Part shown: one piece after another, positions 11,173 through 25,340 of the stretch | How the letters are laid out: the number at the start of each line of letters is the position of its first letter | Position numbering within the stretch: position 1 is the stretch's first letter | Assembly: GCF_006345805.1 (NCBI RefSeq) | Contig: NC_042997.1 | Span: forward strand, 35,402,001 to 35,466,000 | Direction of reading: 5' to 3' | DNA length: 64,000 bases | Source of the DNA: Octopus sinensis | Lineage: Eukaryota | Position numbers and translations under genes: made by a program | The notes under the pieces: generated by a model | What the model saw: only the letters and a program-made list of their open reading frames with translations | Database searches by the model: none | What the model was told of the DNA's origin: nothing

Positions 11173-14100
11173 GTAAGAATCTATACGCTACCGTAATATA
11201 TAGATTTGTTCTTAGTGACATGATGCATTTTTATTTCTGTATTGCTTTATTGTTTTGGAGGATTAGGTTCTTACGTATTCCTTAAAGTAACTAAAGAATT
11301 TTTTTTTACGAAAAATCTGTTCAGAAGACCTTTGATATCTCATCAAGAAACAAAGGACTTTAAAATGAGAGTTAACTGTATCGCCATTGAAAACTCTCAA
11401 GAATAGAATAAGTCATTATCCTATTCTTGGAAGTTGTCAAGGGTGATACTTCTAACTTTCATTTCAAATTCTTTATAATTTCTTCTGACTCCTTTATTAT
11501 TACTTCAAATTCTCTCAACAACATTTTCACCCAGATGTCACTGGTCATTTTATGTGTAAACTATAACATCAAATGCAAGATCTTTCACTTCTGCAGATAT
11601 AGCACTGTACGCCCATATCTGCAGCTGAACTATGATATTTCCAAATATAAGTGTTTGTGTGTTCGTGCATATGTAGTTTATGTGCGTGTGTGGCGGAATG
11701 CACATGTACCTCTATGCACATGTGTGCATCCAAGTATTTCTATGCACATTTTCGTTGTTGTACCATAGATATAAATATATAACGTTATTTGTGTATTTAA
11801 CCCTACATCCATGCTAGTCGATTTGGGGGCTTTCTTTTGTTTTGGTCTCTCTTTTTCCTGTTAGGTTTCTCTTTGTGCCAGGAGAAAGATTGGTTCATTC
11901 AAATAACGAAGTATTGCGAGAAATTTATGCTGCTTAGCTCTTATTACATATTTCAAATCGTTAACCTTATCATTCCAACAACACCCTGACATATGCAAAT
12001 ATACGCATACATTGGACAAAAATGTATTTCATAACTAATGTTAACCTTTATAATTTACTTACCTGTAACTAATTTACATTCCTTTAGGGAATGCACCTAT
12101 TATTTTCCTGATGCTACTACAGCATATATTACATTGTATATGGAAAGAATTTTCCGAATTCAAATGGTATTTGCATGCACAACGTCATGATTGGCATTAA
12201 AGCACAACTGATTCACCTTCAGGAAGCATTGCTTTAGATAAAAAAAGATTGGAAGAAATCACATGACAGGCAACGGAGAAACAGGAATCAGAAAATGAAG
12301 TATATGAAGGCGTAAAATATGTGTAGCCAAATATGTTATTTTACACATATACCAATCTACAATTAAAATACGATGACAAAGTAATAGGGAAACGAATATA
12401 ACCAAAATACAGTTACGTGTGAAAACGATATATAGTCCTTTCTGATAAAGGAAATATATCTTACACAAAAACTGGCTTTCTCTAATAGCAATACTTTGGT
12501 AATTTCAGATTAGATTTATTAGTAATCATATATACGAATATGCAGATCCACTATATTGGAGCAGTGTTCCTTCACATGAGTAAAACAAATTGGATGTAAA
12601 TATTCAATACTATTCAAAGTAAAATTATATGAGAAAAAAAATTTAACTGAAAATATGCATATTCAAGACAAATAATTCTCTACAACAGACACGGTTGCCG
12701 AAGTGAAGTGGCAAAAGTGTATGAAAAGATTAGAATATATAATGAACTTGTTAGAAAATATATAATCAAAACAAAATCTAGAGACACGCACTAAAAATTG
12801 TCCACCAACATATATATCACTTCTGTCATTAGATAATATTATAAATTAATGAAGACTTCATTTTATATTTAAAAGTAAATAGTTACTTATAATATATGAT
12901 AATGACAAATGGAATTGCAAAAAAATTACTTATTACAATAGTAATTTCCAAGAAAATCAATTATCTCTCGTGACAATAATCTAACTTGCTATACTTCTTT
13001 CTTTAATTTTCTCGTAATGCTGTATCAACGTCCAAAGGTAGATGCTAAAGTTTTCAACATATATGATTTCTGAATCATTATACTTATATGATTGTATTAC
13101 TTTAAAGAATTATTTTACTTGTTCTTCTTAGAATTCTTTACAGCATTAATAATTTAAATTTTAAATTAACTTTCCTTGTTAAATGATGGCGTATAATCTA
13201 AAGTTCTACCCAACTCATGAAAAATGTTGAAGTAAAATATTCATACTTCGACTTACATAAAAGAAAAAAAAAACATAACACTTACATCTATAACATAAAC
13301 AATAGAAAAAGACACGTTAAATTATATCAATAAATGTCCTATGGGAAACATGCCAAAGCATAGCCTACTACCGTATCACGCGAACTAAAGTGGAAATGTA
13401 ACCATTAATAATAATCTAACCTCCACGCCGTCAAGAAAAATTAAACTGTAGTTCGAATACATATTTATGTAAACAAATTCATTATAGCTTCATAAATATT
13501 TAAATGTGTAGAATGAACATTTAACTAGAAATATTCATCAATTCGTTTCAAAAATGTCCACTAGGGGGAATGCACAGAAACACATAAGCACTCTTTTGTA
13601 TGAAGTTACAAGCTTTGAGACATCTCTTTCGCTTAAAAATGATAAAATACACAAACTTATAAGGAGAATGTACAGAAATTAATGCAAAAGTGGGTATCAC
13701 GATTTTTCATTCACTGAATTCTCATTGCAGGTAATTGTAGCGATTCACACTCACACACACACACACATGCGAACTCACGCAGGCACACGCACACACACAC
13801 ACATACAAACACACCACACACATAAACGTATTGTAATACCTCCTTTATGGTAACGTTTGATCTTCGTAACAGGCAAACAAAATTCTGGGCATCGGAAAGT
13901 GAGGGAAAAGCGAAAAGCTCGACAGCTGACTCACAAATTCAGCGGAAACTGTTCCAATTTATAAAAGTCATTTGAAGGCAATGAAGACATTTTTTTTCTG
14001 ATCTGTTATCAATGCATAAAATGCGGGCGTATTTCTAGGATGCGAAATGAAGGCCCTCATTTCATATAATGAAGTACCATCTTTTTTCATAAGGCATAGT

Positions 14101-15865
14101 AATTTCGCTACCCAGCTACACATTGTGGCTATTTTAAGGATTCGCCTTCATTGGTTGGAATGTGGCTGCACCGAGCAACAAGTTGTAAATTGTGACACTC
14201 TAAAACAAAGTTCAAAAGCAATTAAGTGGGACATAACGCAGGCAATCGGAAAAGCAACCTATCCAAAGAACAGCTTACATCAAACATTTTCATTTAATTT
14301 TCGGCGATCCCAAATAACTATTTCAATTGTCTGTTAGAGGTAATCCAATGGCATCCGATAAAGTTAATAAGATTTTGATTAACATAAATCCTTTAACTTG
14401 ATCATTTGATTTGCCATAACGGTACAAATATTCTGGATGCCCATCTCTGCACCTTAGTTGAGATATATTTCCGATGAGCTGATGCATTATGTCTGATTTT
14501 CAAGGAAATTATTTAAAAGGATTTCTTACGACATAAGTGTTTCTCGACAACAGATCTGGATGCCACGTTGAGGGTGATAAATTCATACTTAAGTGTTTCT
14601 GCTTTTGCTATTTCTATTTATTTTTGATTTTTTGTAGCGGGAAACGTGTATTTATTTACTAGTTGTATATAAGAATTATCAGGAGGTTGTATATAAAAGT
14701 GTTTATTACCTTACGTACGTTTGTGCATATATGTATGTATGTATATATATATATGTAATTATAGAGGGACATGTAGTTGTAAGTGAATATGGTGTATTAA
14801 ATACTCTAAAGATAAATGCCACGTCAAAATTTTGATATAAATATTGAAGAGCCTCTCTCTAAACATTGAATTATGCAACATGAAATTTAAGTTCCAGTCG
14901 TTAGATACAAGAATCACTATTTGTTGATTAAGTCAAATGAAACTACCACAACCTCTCCACTCAATAACGCACACCCAGACAAACATACATACGGAAACAC
15001 AAACACATATAAAAATGATTTTTTATTTATACTTCCTTCTTGACAGTTGCATTCCGATAAAGAAATATAGGATTGGAGATTTTCCAATTCTAACTATGTC
15101 TAGCTTGATATCTTTTGGAAGAGAAGTACAGAATTCACAAAGAAAAGAAGCTGAAAAATGTACATAGTAAGTAGTATATTAATTCGAATATTTGGTAATA
15201 ATAAAAGAATTATTATAGTTGAGTTTGTTGCAATAAATTGTTGATCAACAGATATGGCAAACAAATTATTCTCATTTGGAATAACATTAAAGAAAAACTG
15301 ATATCACAAATGCGCTTCTAATATTTGTATATTATTTTATTCAATATAAAATCTGAGCAATATTCTAAATTTTTAAAAGACGACATTCACAAACACACCC
15401 GCATACATAATATGTGTGCCTGTTTCTACGTGGGAATATATGTGTCACTGCGCAAATGAACACTAAAAGCAGTAAACACTGAAATCATATATATATATAT
15501 ATGTGTGTGTGAGTGTGAGTGAGTACATAAAATATACATGTTTATATATGGATGTATATATGTAGGCTACATAGCAGATATATACACAGTGAAAAATGTA
15601 ATTATTTCTCCGTATACTGAGTGTAAGATGAATAGTCTTTAACGGTTTACGAACGATTTTGGGGTCACATCAGAGGGTTTACAACCATTTGAGCAATGGC
15701 GTAGAATATACAAACATACGATGTATGAAACTATGTATGTATATATGTATGTATGCATGTATGTATATATGTATGTGTTTATGTATGTAGTTATATATGC
15801 ACGTATGTATGTGTTTATGTATGTAATTATGTATATATTCATTTATATATACCCAGTACAACCTG

Positions 15866-16230
15866 TTGCATGATCTGGTCGTCGGCGACTAAACCATCAA
15901 GGAGGGTGTTTATTGGACACCCTGCGGGATGAAAAACAAACCCCGTCAAGGGGCGGAGGAACTCTTGAGAGTCAACGGTCATCCAATAAATGTCTTAAGG
16001 ATGTATCATGCGAGGGGACATAGAAATAATCGGACTGAATACCCGATCGCGCGGTTAAACCATTGGGAATGAAGGACTCCTAGCATTTGTTAGGGCATCC
16101 TTCTAGGAGAAGGCAACTCAGGTAATTGGGATAACTCCGACATAAAACCTGCGGCTCAGTGGTTACCGATGATGTTGACTTGTTCTTCTTTTCGGATTAT
16201 GGCTGCTGTTGCTAAGTGAGTGGGATTGAC
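15866..16230 (+). mobile_element. Structured GC-richer repeat resembling an RTE-type LINE 5' UTR
   Basis: GGGCATCCTTCTAGGAGAAGGCAACTC..AAACC motif recalled from RTE 5' regions; hairpins AGGGTGT/ACACCCT and CCTTCT/AGAAGG. Confidence 0.4.
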
Positions 16231-18065
16231 TCATTTAAAAAAATATTTTTGCACAGGCATTGCACGATAACAACATTGATTAAGCTTCATGCAATGGCGA
16301 TACTCGATAACGAGGGGGCAGCCATCATGCATTTATATACGTATATGTGTGTATGTATGTATTTATGTATGTATGTATGTATATAGACATATACAAAGGA
16401 TGAAGATACGAGCTACTAATAGTTTCTAACTTTGGAGACGTAGGTTTAAACCGGAGTTTTAACCTGAAGTAATCTTCAGGTTGATGGTCTATTCAATTTC
16501 GCCAGTTCAGAGCGCTGCTACAAGAGAAATCACGGGGGGAAAAAAAAACAAGAAATAGATAAATGCAAAAAAGTTGGTGGGTGAATAAACAGGTAAAAAG
16601 TAAGGACTGAAAGGAAAAGAAAAGAAAGAATATGAGGATTATGTTCCCTTTGACCCTACAGTTTTAATTATGCTGGCTGTTCTAGAATAATTCAACGGTG
16701 AGCGATCATAAGCCTGCGAGACATCTGTGCAGACCGAAAAGACCAGTAAGCAAAAATTTATATGCAGGTCAACAACTCAGGATCTAACACTCACATGCAC
16801 AAACACACACACGCACAAACACGTGTGTGTGTGTGTGTGTGTGTGTTTATGTATGTATAAAAATTCTTAAGGTGGTTATTAGCAATTTAAAATCTGTGAC
16901 GGAGTAATGGGTGTCTAATAAAGATTAATCAAATCTGAAATCAGTATTGATATGACTCACTTGCTGAAAACCACAGATTTTCACTTATACACATTAATGG
17001 AAACCGGGGGAATAAGCAGAAATTCTAAGCCCCGGTACCAATAACGAAGAAAATCGTAAATTGAAAATAGATTGAGAGATAGATAGATACATAGATAGAT
17101 AGATAGATAGGAATTTATAGGCTAATATAACTGCACATATAACTGTATCCTTTTTAATTAAAAAAATTTTCCAGACACAGAAGTAGTGTGGTCAAGTTTT
17201 GAGAATTTAGCATAAAAATCCTGGTATATCCGATTCTCAAGTTTTGGTAAAATTGAATATGTTTAGGAAAGAACGAAATTTGTGTAGCTGGCAACAACAT
17301 GGGAGTTCGTCACGTAAATCATAAATGTAATTCAAAGATCTAATTTTATGCCCGCTTCTATCTGATTCCTTTCGCTGATTACTTTAGGCTTGCTCCTCTC
17401 TTGCGAATACGCAACCACTTTATAAGTTTTATCAATAAGGTAATAACTGAAATAGCAGAACAATTAAAATCTCATGACTGGAAATTGTGGATGAGATCCA
17501 TTAATTATGCATGATTTTAAGTAAAACCCCAAGATGGAAGGATGTTCCGTCATAAAAAATTCGGCGCTTAAAGCCTCTGGCAATTTAAATTTAGTTATGT
17601 TTGCTGCTAGTTGAACGACTTCAAGCATGTAATTGTAGTACGGGGTTAATACAAAGTCTGATGAGTTTATACGTTGTTGGACAATTTGGTTTCTGGCCTG
17701 AATCTCTATTGGTTAAGACGATCAACGATCCTTCGACCAACAAAGTGCCGCTCGTAACAGACACGAGATACCTGAACGTCAATCCAGCGTTACATAGTAC
17801 GGTGTAAATGTACGCCTTTCATTTATATGTCCAACTCATATATACGAGCTCAATGGATAGGAGCATTATACAATGAATTTTCATGCTCAAAGGTCGCTGG
17901 TAAACAAGCTCACGACTTTACGATCATGAACCGAGTAATATAAATATTAAAAAACGGGCCTTCTGCGTAATGCTAGATTACAAATTTCTGGGACGCAATA
18001 TGAAGGTGGGCAGTTAGTGGCACTGGCTGGTATATATACATACATATATATATATATATATATAT

Positions 18066-18469
18066 GTAGGTCCCGGGTTGATTCGGGGTTAACCACAGTA
18101 AATAGGGTACTCAATACATAGCAGAGTAAAATTAATTTATTATATAGAAGGAGCTTCTACAGGACTAGAACTGTTTCATTCAAGAGAAATCTTCAGGAAG
18201 CTAGTTAACAAGAATTGTATTGGCATTTATACATTTAGGCAGGTTTAAAGGGGTGTTGGTGGGGGACTTTTTTGGGGGTAGGCATAGCGCAAAAAATCAT
18301 ACTTGGGGGAGTGGTCAAGGGGTCAGTGTTAAATTAGATAGGAGAATAAATAAAAAATAAAAAATAAATAAAAAATAAAAAATAAAATAAAAAATAAAAA
18401 ATAAAAAATAAAAAATAAAAAATAAAAAATAAAAATATAAAAAAAATAAAAATAAAAATAAAAAATATA

Positions 18470-18527
<58 letters not shown>

Positions 18528-18540
18528 GGGGGAATAGAGT
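18066..18540 (-). mobile_element. PLE-like terminal repeat with hammerhead; inverted partner at 21565-21962
   Basis: 18135-18540 is the reverse complement of 21565-21962, including the (TAAAAA)n and (TA)n tracts. Confidence 0.55.
18152..18202 (-). ncRNA. Type I hammerhead ribozyme (second family)
   Basis: AGCTTC-CTGAAGA-T.TTC/TCTT/GAA.T-GAAA-CAG/TTCTAGTC/CTG-TA^-GAAGCT; stem II is weak (3 bp plus U.U). Confidence 0.6.
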
Positions 18541-19395
18541 TTTAGGTAAATAAGGAGATTCTCACTTATACCTCTACACATACACACATATATACACTCA
18601 CACATACATGTACATATCTACACATACACATATATATGTGTGTATTACATACAATACTCACTTGCATACACGTATACACACATGTATATATACACACACG
18701 ACCACACATACATATACACACAGAAAAATATATATATACACATACACACACATATGCTCACATACACGCATACACACACAAATCCATACACACACATGCA
18801 CACACAGCACACTAGTCCCTATATACACATATATACACATACACACATATATATACACCCACACATACACATACATACATATATATACATACATACATAC
18901 ACATACATATAATATATATATACACACATATATATATATATAACACATATATATACATATGTGTACCCATGCATACCTACACATACACACATATATATAT
19001 CATATACAAATACAGACCCATTCCCTAATTTTAATTTTATTATCTTCGTTTATTACTTTTGTTATCTTTGGCCGCTTGGTCACAAACATCTTGGCTATGA
19101 CAGCCAGACCATTATCCGTCTACTGGAAAACAATTACTCATTCACTCACGCCACACTCTCTAGCACGTACACTCACTCATTCGTACACTCATACGCATAC
19201 ACGCACGCTCGCGTTATATTCTACATACATACATCTACATACATTCACGTATATACACATACGTACGCGTACCTACAGATTCATGTCTACACTCTTAGAA
19301 GGCTAGTCTATACATATAACCAATAAATATAAATACACACACATACATGTACACCTACATACAAATACATACATGTACATATATATATATATATA

Positions 19396-20595
19396 TCCTT
19401 AAAAATCCTTAAAAATGTTTTAGCCCGAAGGCCGCGGCCATGCTGGGGCAACACCGCTGAAGAGCCACACTAGTTTGTGAATCCACCTCTGATACGTGGC
19501 ACTTGATCAACAAGGGAGTTCGATGCTGCTGCCCGCATCCGCGTCTCTGTCGTGGAGGTAGGTTCATCTGGGACTTCCAACAAGAAGAGATCCAGTTTAG
19601 TTTTAAAGAAACCCACATCCACCCATGTAAGTCTCTCAGGCATTTAGGGAGGATGTTGAAAAGCTGTGGTCCTCTGAACCCAAGCTGTTGCAGTATCTGA
19701 CCTGTATTTTGATGGTGATGTTGGAATCCTTGGCACCACGCAGCGGCGCCCCGTTCTGCGGTTGGAGTAACTTTGAATGCCAAAGTTTGGTATAAGACCC
19801 TCCAGGATTTCCAGATTATATATTACTGCATATCCTCCGCCTCCGCTCCAGGGAGAAGAGGTTTAATAACCTTCAGTCTTTCCAGTAGCTGACATTTTGC
19901 ATTGAGACGATTTTCTTTGTGTAGCTTTCTGAGTTGCTTCGAGTTCTGCTGTTTGTTTATATTGTGTGGTGACAAAGTGGGAGCAGCAGTAGTAAGCGAC
20001 TGAGGACAAATGTTTTCCATAGGACCATCAGTGTCTCCTTCTCTCTTGTTCTGAAAGTTCGGAGAATCCATCCAGCTAGCCGTCTGCATTTTATCACCAG
20101 ATTAGCAATATGCATTTGAAAGATGCATCATTGCTATGTCAATGCCCAGGTCACGCACTGATTTTGACAGGGGGATTGCAATTCTTCCTGGGCCAGTGTA
20201 TCCAGTCTTCACGTCATTTACCTTTGTGTGCCAGTAGCGCAGGGCTGGAACTTACCTGCATTAAAATGCATGTTGTTGTCCTCAGCCCACCTGTATATTG
20301 TGTCCAGCTCATGTTGCAGATGCGCAATATTTTCAGGGTTCTGTATTGCGTGGGAGACCTTTGTGTCATCTGCATAGCTAGCAGGGTGGTCATCGTAGCA
20401 ACTGAAGGCATGTCTGAAAGGGCCACTATGAACATCAGTGGCCCCAAGACAGTGCCCTGTGGACACCGCTTGTTATTTGCGTTTCCCTGGAGGTGGCTCC
20501 ATTGCTCACAACTGCCTGTTTTCTGTCTTTTAGGAAGTTGTGCAGCCACTCTCCAAGTTTTCCGCCTATGCCGAGACCACGCAGTTTATGACAGA
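19396..20595 (-). mobile_element. 5'-truncated CR1-clade LINE (RT C-terminal half and 3' UTR), degenerate
   Basis: PQGTVLGPLMF, SYADDTKV..HLQHELDTIYRWAEDNNMHFNAGKF, GPQLFNILPKCLR; tail ends in tandem TTTTTAAGGA. Confidence 0.85.
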
Positions 20596-20753
20596 TATAT
20601 ATATATATATATATATATATACGCGTACCTACAGATTCATGTCTACACTCTTAGAAGGCTAGTCTATACATATACACCAATAAATATAAATACACACACA
20701 TACATGTACACCTACATACAAATACATACATGTACATATAATAACATACATAC

Positions 20754-20784
<31 letters not shown>

Positions 20785-21047
20785 CATACATATACACTAT
20801 ACATATTCATACTAACATGCATACTCAAAAAATAAGTAAATAGTAAATATATTACGCGCAGTTATTCATACATGCATACTCAAAAATAAATATTAAGTAT
20901 ATGTACGTGCAGTTACCTATTATATAGACGGATACATACATAATAAACTTACACACATAGATATAATATATATATATATACATATATATACATACATATA
21001 TATATAAACATATACATACACACATACACCTACATATACACATACAC

Positions 21048-21094
<47 letters not shown>

Positions 21095-21564
21095 TACACA
21101 TACATATACATATACATACACATACATACATATATATACATACTTACACATGTACATATAAATACACACATAGATAACTCTACGTACCTACACATACATA
21201 AACACACGAGCGTACGCGCATATGTACATATACATATACCCATGCACACGCATATATATACATACATACATACACATACACACATGTGTATACACACACA
21301 CTCACATACACATATATATACATACACATACATATACATATACACATATATATATATATTGTATACATATATAGAATATATATATATACACACACATATA
21401 CATAACACACACATACACACACATATATATATATATATTACATGTGTGCAACATACATACATCTCATACAAGCACACACACTTACATTTACATATATACA
21501 CACACTTACACACATATATATACATACACACATACATATACACATACATAGCATACACACAAAT

Positions 21565-21586
21565 ATACATATACACTCTATTCCCC

Positions 21587-21646
<60 letters not shown>

Positions 21647-21962
21647 TTTTTATTTTTATTTTTATTTTTTTTATATTTTTTATTTTTTATTTTTTATTTT
21701 TTATTTTTTATTTTTTATTTTTATTTTTGATTTATTTTTTATTTTTTATTTCTTCTCCTATCTAATTAACACTGACCCCTGACCCCTCCCCCAAGTATGA
21801 TTTTTTGCGCATGCCTACCCCCAAAAAAGTCCCCCACCAACACCCCTTTAAACCTGCCTAAAGGTATAAATGCCAATACAATTCTGTGTTAACTAGCTTC
21901 CTGAAGATTTCTCTTGAATGAAACAGTTCTAGTCCTGTAGAAGCGCCTTCTATATCATAAAT
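21565..21962 (+). mobile_element. Inverted copy of the PLE-like repeat at 18135-18540
   Basis: Reverse-complement match with scattered 1-nt indels. Confidence 0.6.
21895..21944 (+). ncRNA. Type I hammerhead ribozyme (second family)
   Basis: GCTTC-CTGAAGA(21901-21907)-TTTCTCTTGAAT-GAAA-CAG..CTG-TA^(21939)-GAAGC. Confidence 0.6.
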
Positions 21963-21991
21963 ATAATATTATATATATATATATATATATA

Positions 21992-22031
<40 letters not shown>

Positions 22032-22055
22032 TACCTATATATATATTTTTTTTTC

Positions 22056-22456
22056 ACTCTTTTACTCTTTACTTGTTTCAGTCATTTACTGGAGCACCGC
22101 CATGCTGGAGCACCACCTTTAATCGAGCAACTCGACCCCAGGACTTATTCTTTGTAAGCCCAGTACTTATTCTATCTGTGTTTCTTGCTGAACCGTTAAG
22201 TAACGGGACATAAACACACCAGCATCGGTTGTCATGCAATGCTATAGGGGGACAAACACAGAACACAAAACACACACCACGCATTATATATATATATACA
22301 TATATACGACGGGCTTCTTTCAGTTTCCGTCTACAATGCTTTGATCAGCCCAATGCTATAGTAGAAGACACTTGCCCAAGGTACCACGCAGTGGGACTGA
22401 ACCCGGAACCATGTGGTTGGTAAACAGCTACTTACCACACAGCCACGCCTGCACCT
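22056..22456 (-). mobile_element. SINE family A, near full length
   Basis: Reverse complement of 38686-39125. Confidence 0.85.
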
Positions 22457-22481
22457 ATCTATATCTATATATATATATATA

Positions 22482-22514
<33 letters not shown>

Positions 22515-22555
22515 ATATATATATATATTATATATATGTGTGTGTGTGTGTGTGT

Positions 22556-22609
<54 letters not shown>

Positions 22610-23823
22610 GTGTGTGTGTATGTGTGTTTGTCTGTATGTATGTATATATGTGTGTAAGCACGCATATATGGAATTAATAAAATCATAAAGCAGTAAACAG
22701 TCATATGTTAGCTCTTCTAGCATCTAAAGGGCAACTCTTACGAAGACTGCTTCAACAAGCAGATGGATATGAGTGGATTTCGTTTATAACTCTGTACCTT
22801 TAAAATAAGTCTATGTAAATATGCATAAAGATAGGTATTTATCTACAGTTCCATCGATATGTTTGCATTTTTATTTTCCTCAATCCGTGAGTTAGTGTGT
22901 GTTTACATGTATATGAAATACACGAAAGAATCAGCAAAGCTCGGAGTAAACTCTGAAGTGGAAGACTGTCAATTTTTTGCTTTAGTAAACATATTCATCC
23001 GAACCACATAACGCATTGAATTTTATGCCATGAAATGTTTGCATTGCGTTAAATAAATTGTAATTCATTTTCAAATCCTTGAATTACCTACCTACCTACC
23101 TACCTACCTACCTACCTACGTGCATGCCTAGCTGCCTGCATGCCTCCTGCCTACCTTCCTACCTACTTATATCTACCTACCAGCATACATACATACATAC
23201 ATGTATGTATGTATGTATGTATGTATGTATGTATGATGTATGTATATATATATATATGTATATATATATGTATACAGATATATACATACATGCAGAAGCA
23301 TACACATACACACTCTCACACACACATACACACACACATATATATATACATATATATACCTATATATGTTTATGTGAGTGTCTATCCTTACTTTATCATA
23401 ATTACATTACCCCATAATTCCTCCCTGACAGTAGTCTTCGAAATAAACAAATACAAGACTGGATATTTTCCAATTCTAGCCTTGTGCAGATGGTATCTTT
23501 TGAAAGTGAAGCACGCACGAACGCTCACCGCACTCACACATACTTACATACACACATACATACATACATACATACATACATACACACATACATACATACA
23601 TACGTACGTACGTACATACATACATACTTATATATATATATATATATAATATATTATATATATATAATATATTATATATATATATACAAGCCGAGTGTAT
23701 TAATTCGAAACATTCGTTAATAATTACAAATTTGTCTTATGCAGTCTTGCAAGAGATTTTTCATCACATTCTTTAATTCTTTTTCTGACATAATTCACAT
23801 AGGTAAAAAATAATGTTCGAAAC

Positions 23824-23911
<88 letters not shown>

Positions 23912-24029
23912 GTATGTATATATGTGTGTAAGTACGCATATATCGAAATAATAAAATCGTAAAGCAGTAAAACACTCGTATGTTAGCTCTTCTAGCATCT
24001 ATGAGTGGATTTAGTTTATAAATTTGTAC

Positions 24030-24233
24030 GTGACCTCGTGTGTACTGTTGGCGATTTTTTTCCTCTGTCTTCCCTTCTCTGGATCATTCCTTCTCTTATG
24101 TTTTCGACGAAGAGCTCCGCTCGAAACGTTGGACATCCTTCTTTCCTTTTTTCCTGAGCGTCCAATGATACTATATTTGTTCCACGTCCTCGCGTTGTTG
24201 TGTTTTTTGGGCTTTCTTGTTTGGATTAACTAT
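24030..24233 (+). mobile_element. PLE-like terminal repeat with a degenerate minimal hammerhead (24098-24136)
   Basis: ATGTTT-TCGACGA-A-GAGC/TCC/GCTC-GAAACGTT-GGACAT; homologous to 4038-4226. Confidence 0.55.
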
Positions 24234-24285
24234 ATATTTATATATGTATGTATGTATTTGTGTATTTTATATATATATATATATA

Positions 24286-24331
<46 letters not shown>

Positions 24332-24404
24332 TAATTAAATTAATATTCAATTTATCTCCCGCATTATTTAAATGTTATATATATATATACGCATATTCTT
24401 TTAT

Positions 24405-24560
24405 TCTTCTGTTTTTTTCAGTGATTTGACCGCGGCCATGCTGCAGCAACACCTTTAGTCAAACGTATCAACCCCAAGACTTATTCTTTTTAAGCCTAGC
24501 TATTATTCTATCAGTTTTGCCGAACCGCTAATTTACGAGGACTTAAACACACCAACATGA
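24405..24560 (-). mobile_element. SINE family A, 3' fragment
   Basis: Diverged match to 6436-6650. Confidence 0.7.
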
Positions 24561-24829
24561 GACAGATATTTACTTTTAGCAGTGGTTAGTCCATATTTTC
24601 TAATAATGCCCCTTCCTGATATCAACAGCGATATGTATCCAAATACATCCAATCGCATGCATCGCCTTCAGTTAGGTGTTTGTGTACTAGTTGATTTGAA
24701 GTTAGTGATACCTTTGGTAGGCTTCACTAGCGTCTCTTGTCTCGCCATGGCATATTTACCCAAATTAAAGTTAAGGTTTATAACAAATGTGTTCTGCCAT
24801 CATTGTTCTATGCAAGTCAGACACGAGTA

Positions 24830-25340
24830 ATTTATCGTAAAAGTCTGAAGCATTTTGAACGATTCCATCAACAGTAATCGGAAAATTCTTCGAATAAAAC
24901 CTGAGAATGGAGATTATTGATGTTGAAGTACTTGAGACATCGATCGTTCTTCAAAGTCGTTTGCGGTGGGGGGTGGACATGTGGTGAGAATGAATGGTGA
25001 AAATCTTCCAAAGCAAATTTTGAATGGTGAGCTGACAGATTGTAAAAGGCCAGCAGATAAACCTAAAATGAGTTACAAAGACTGTCTTAAAACTGCGTTC
25101 ACACAAACACTTATTTCAGATATTTGTTTGGGAGAGTGGAGCACAGCACCAAAATAAGTGGAGGAAAATGTTGCGCAACAGTTGCTGGAAATTTGCCAGA
25201 GAGAATGAAGCATAGATGATTAGGATAAAGCTTAGAAAAAATGAACCAGCAGAAAATGAAGGAGTATTGATTTTTACGTGTGTAATCTGCAGAAGGCTAT
25301 GCTTGAATGTGCAGGATTGGTCAGCCATCAAACTAGCCAC
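24830..25340 (+). mobile_element. RTE-clade LINE C-terminal relic
   Basis: GHVVRMNGENLPKQILNGEL..KR..PK..YKDCLK followed by a decayed C2H2-like motif. Confidence 0.7.

Noticed and set aside
12063-12235. Minus-strand CAG|GTAAGT donor with an upstream pyrimidine tract
   Set aside because: All three frames contain stops; acceptor is weak
16410-16490. Minus-strand CTGAAGA..GAAACTATTAGTA
   Set aside because: Stem I does not form; the CTGAAG motif is part of a simple 8-bp hairpin
20852-21765. Long ORFs rich in Y/I/C/V/H/T (likewise 43723-44202, 52423-52775, 57640-58412)
   Set aside because: Translations of microsatellites
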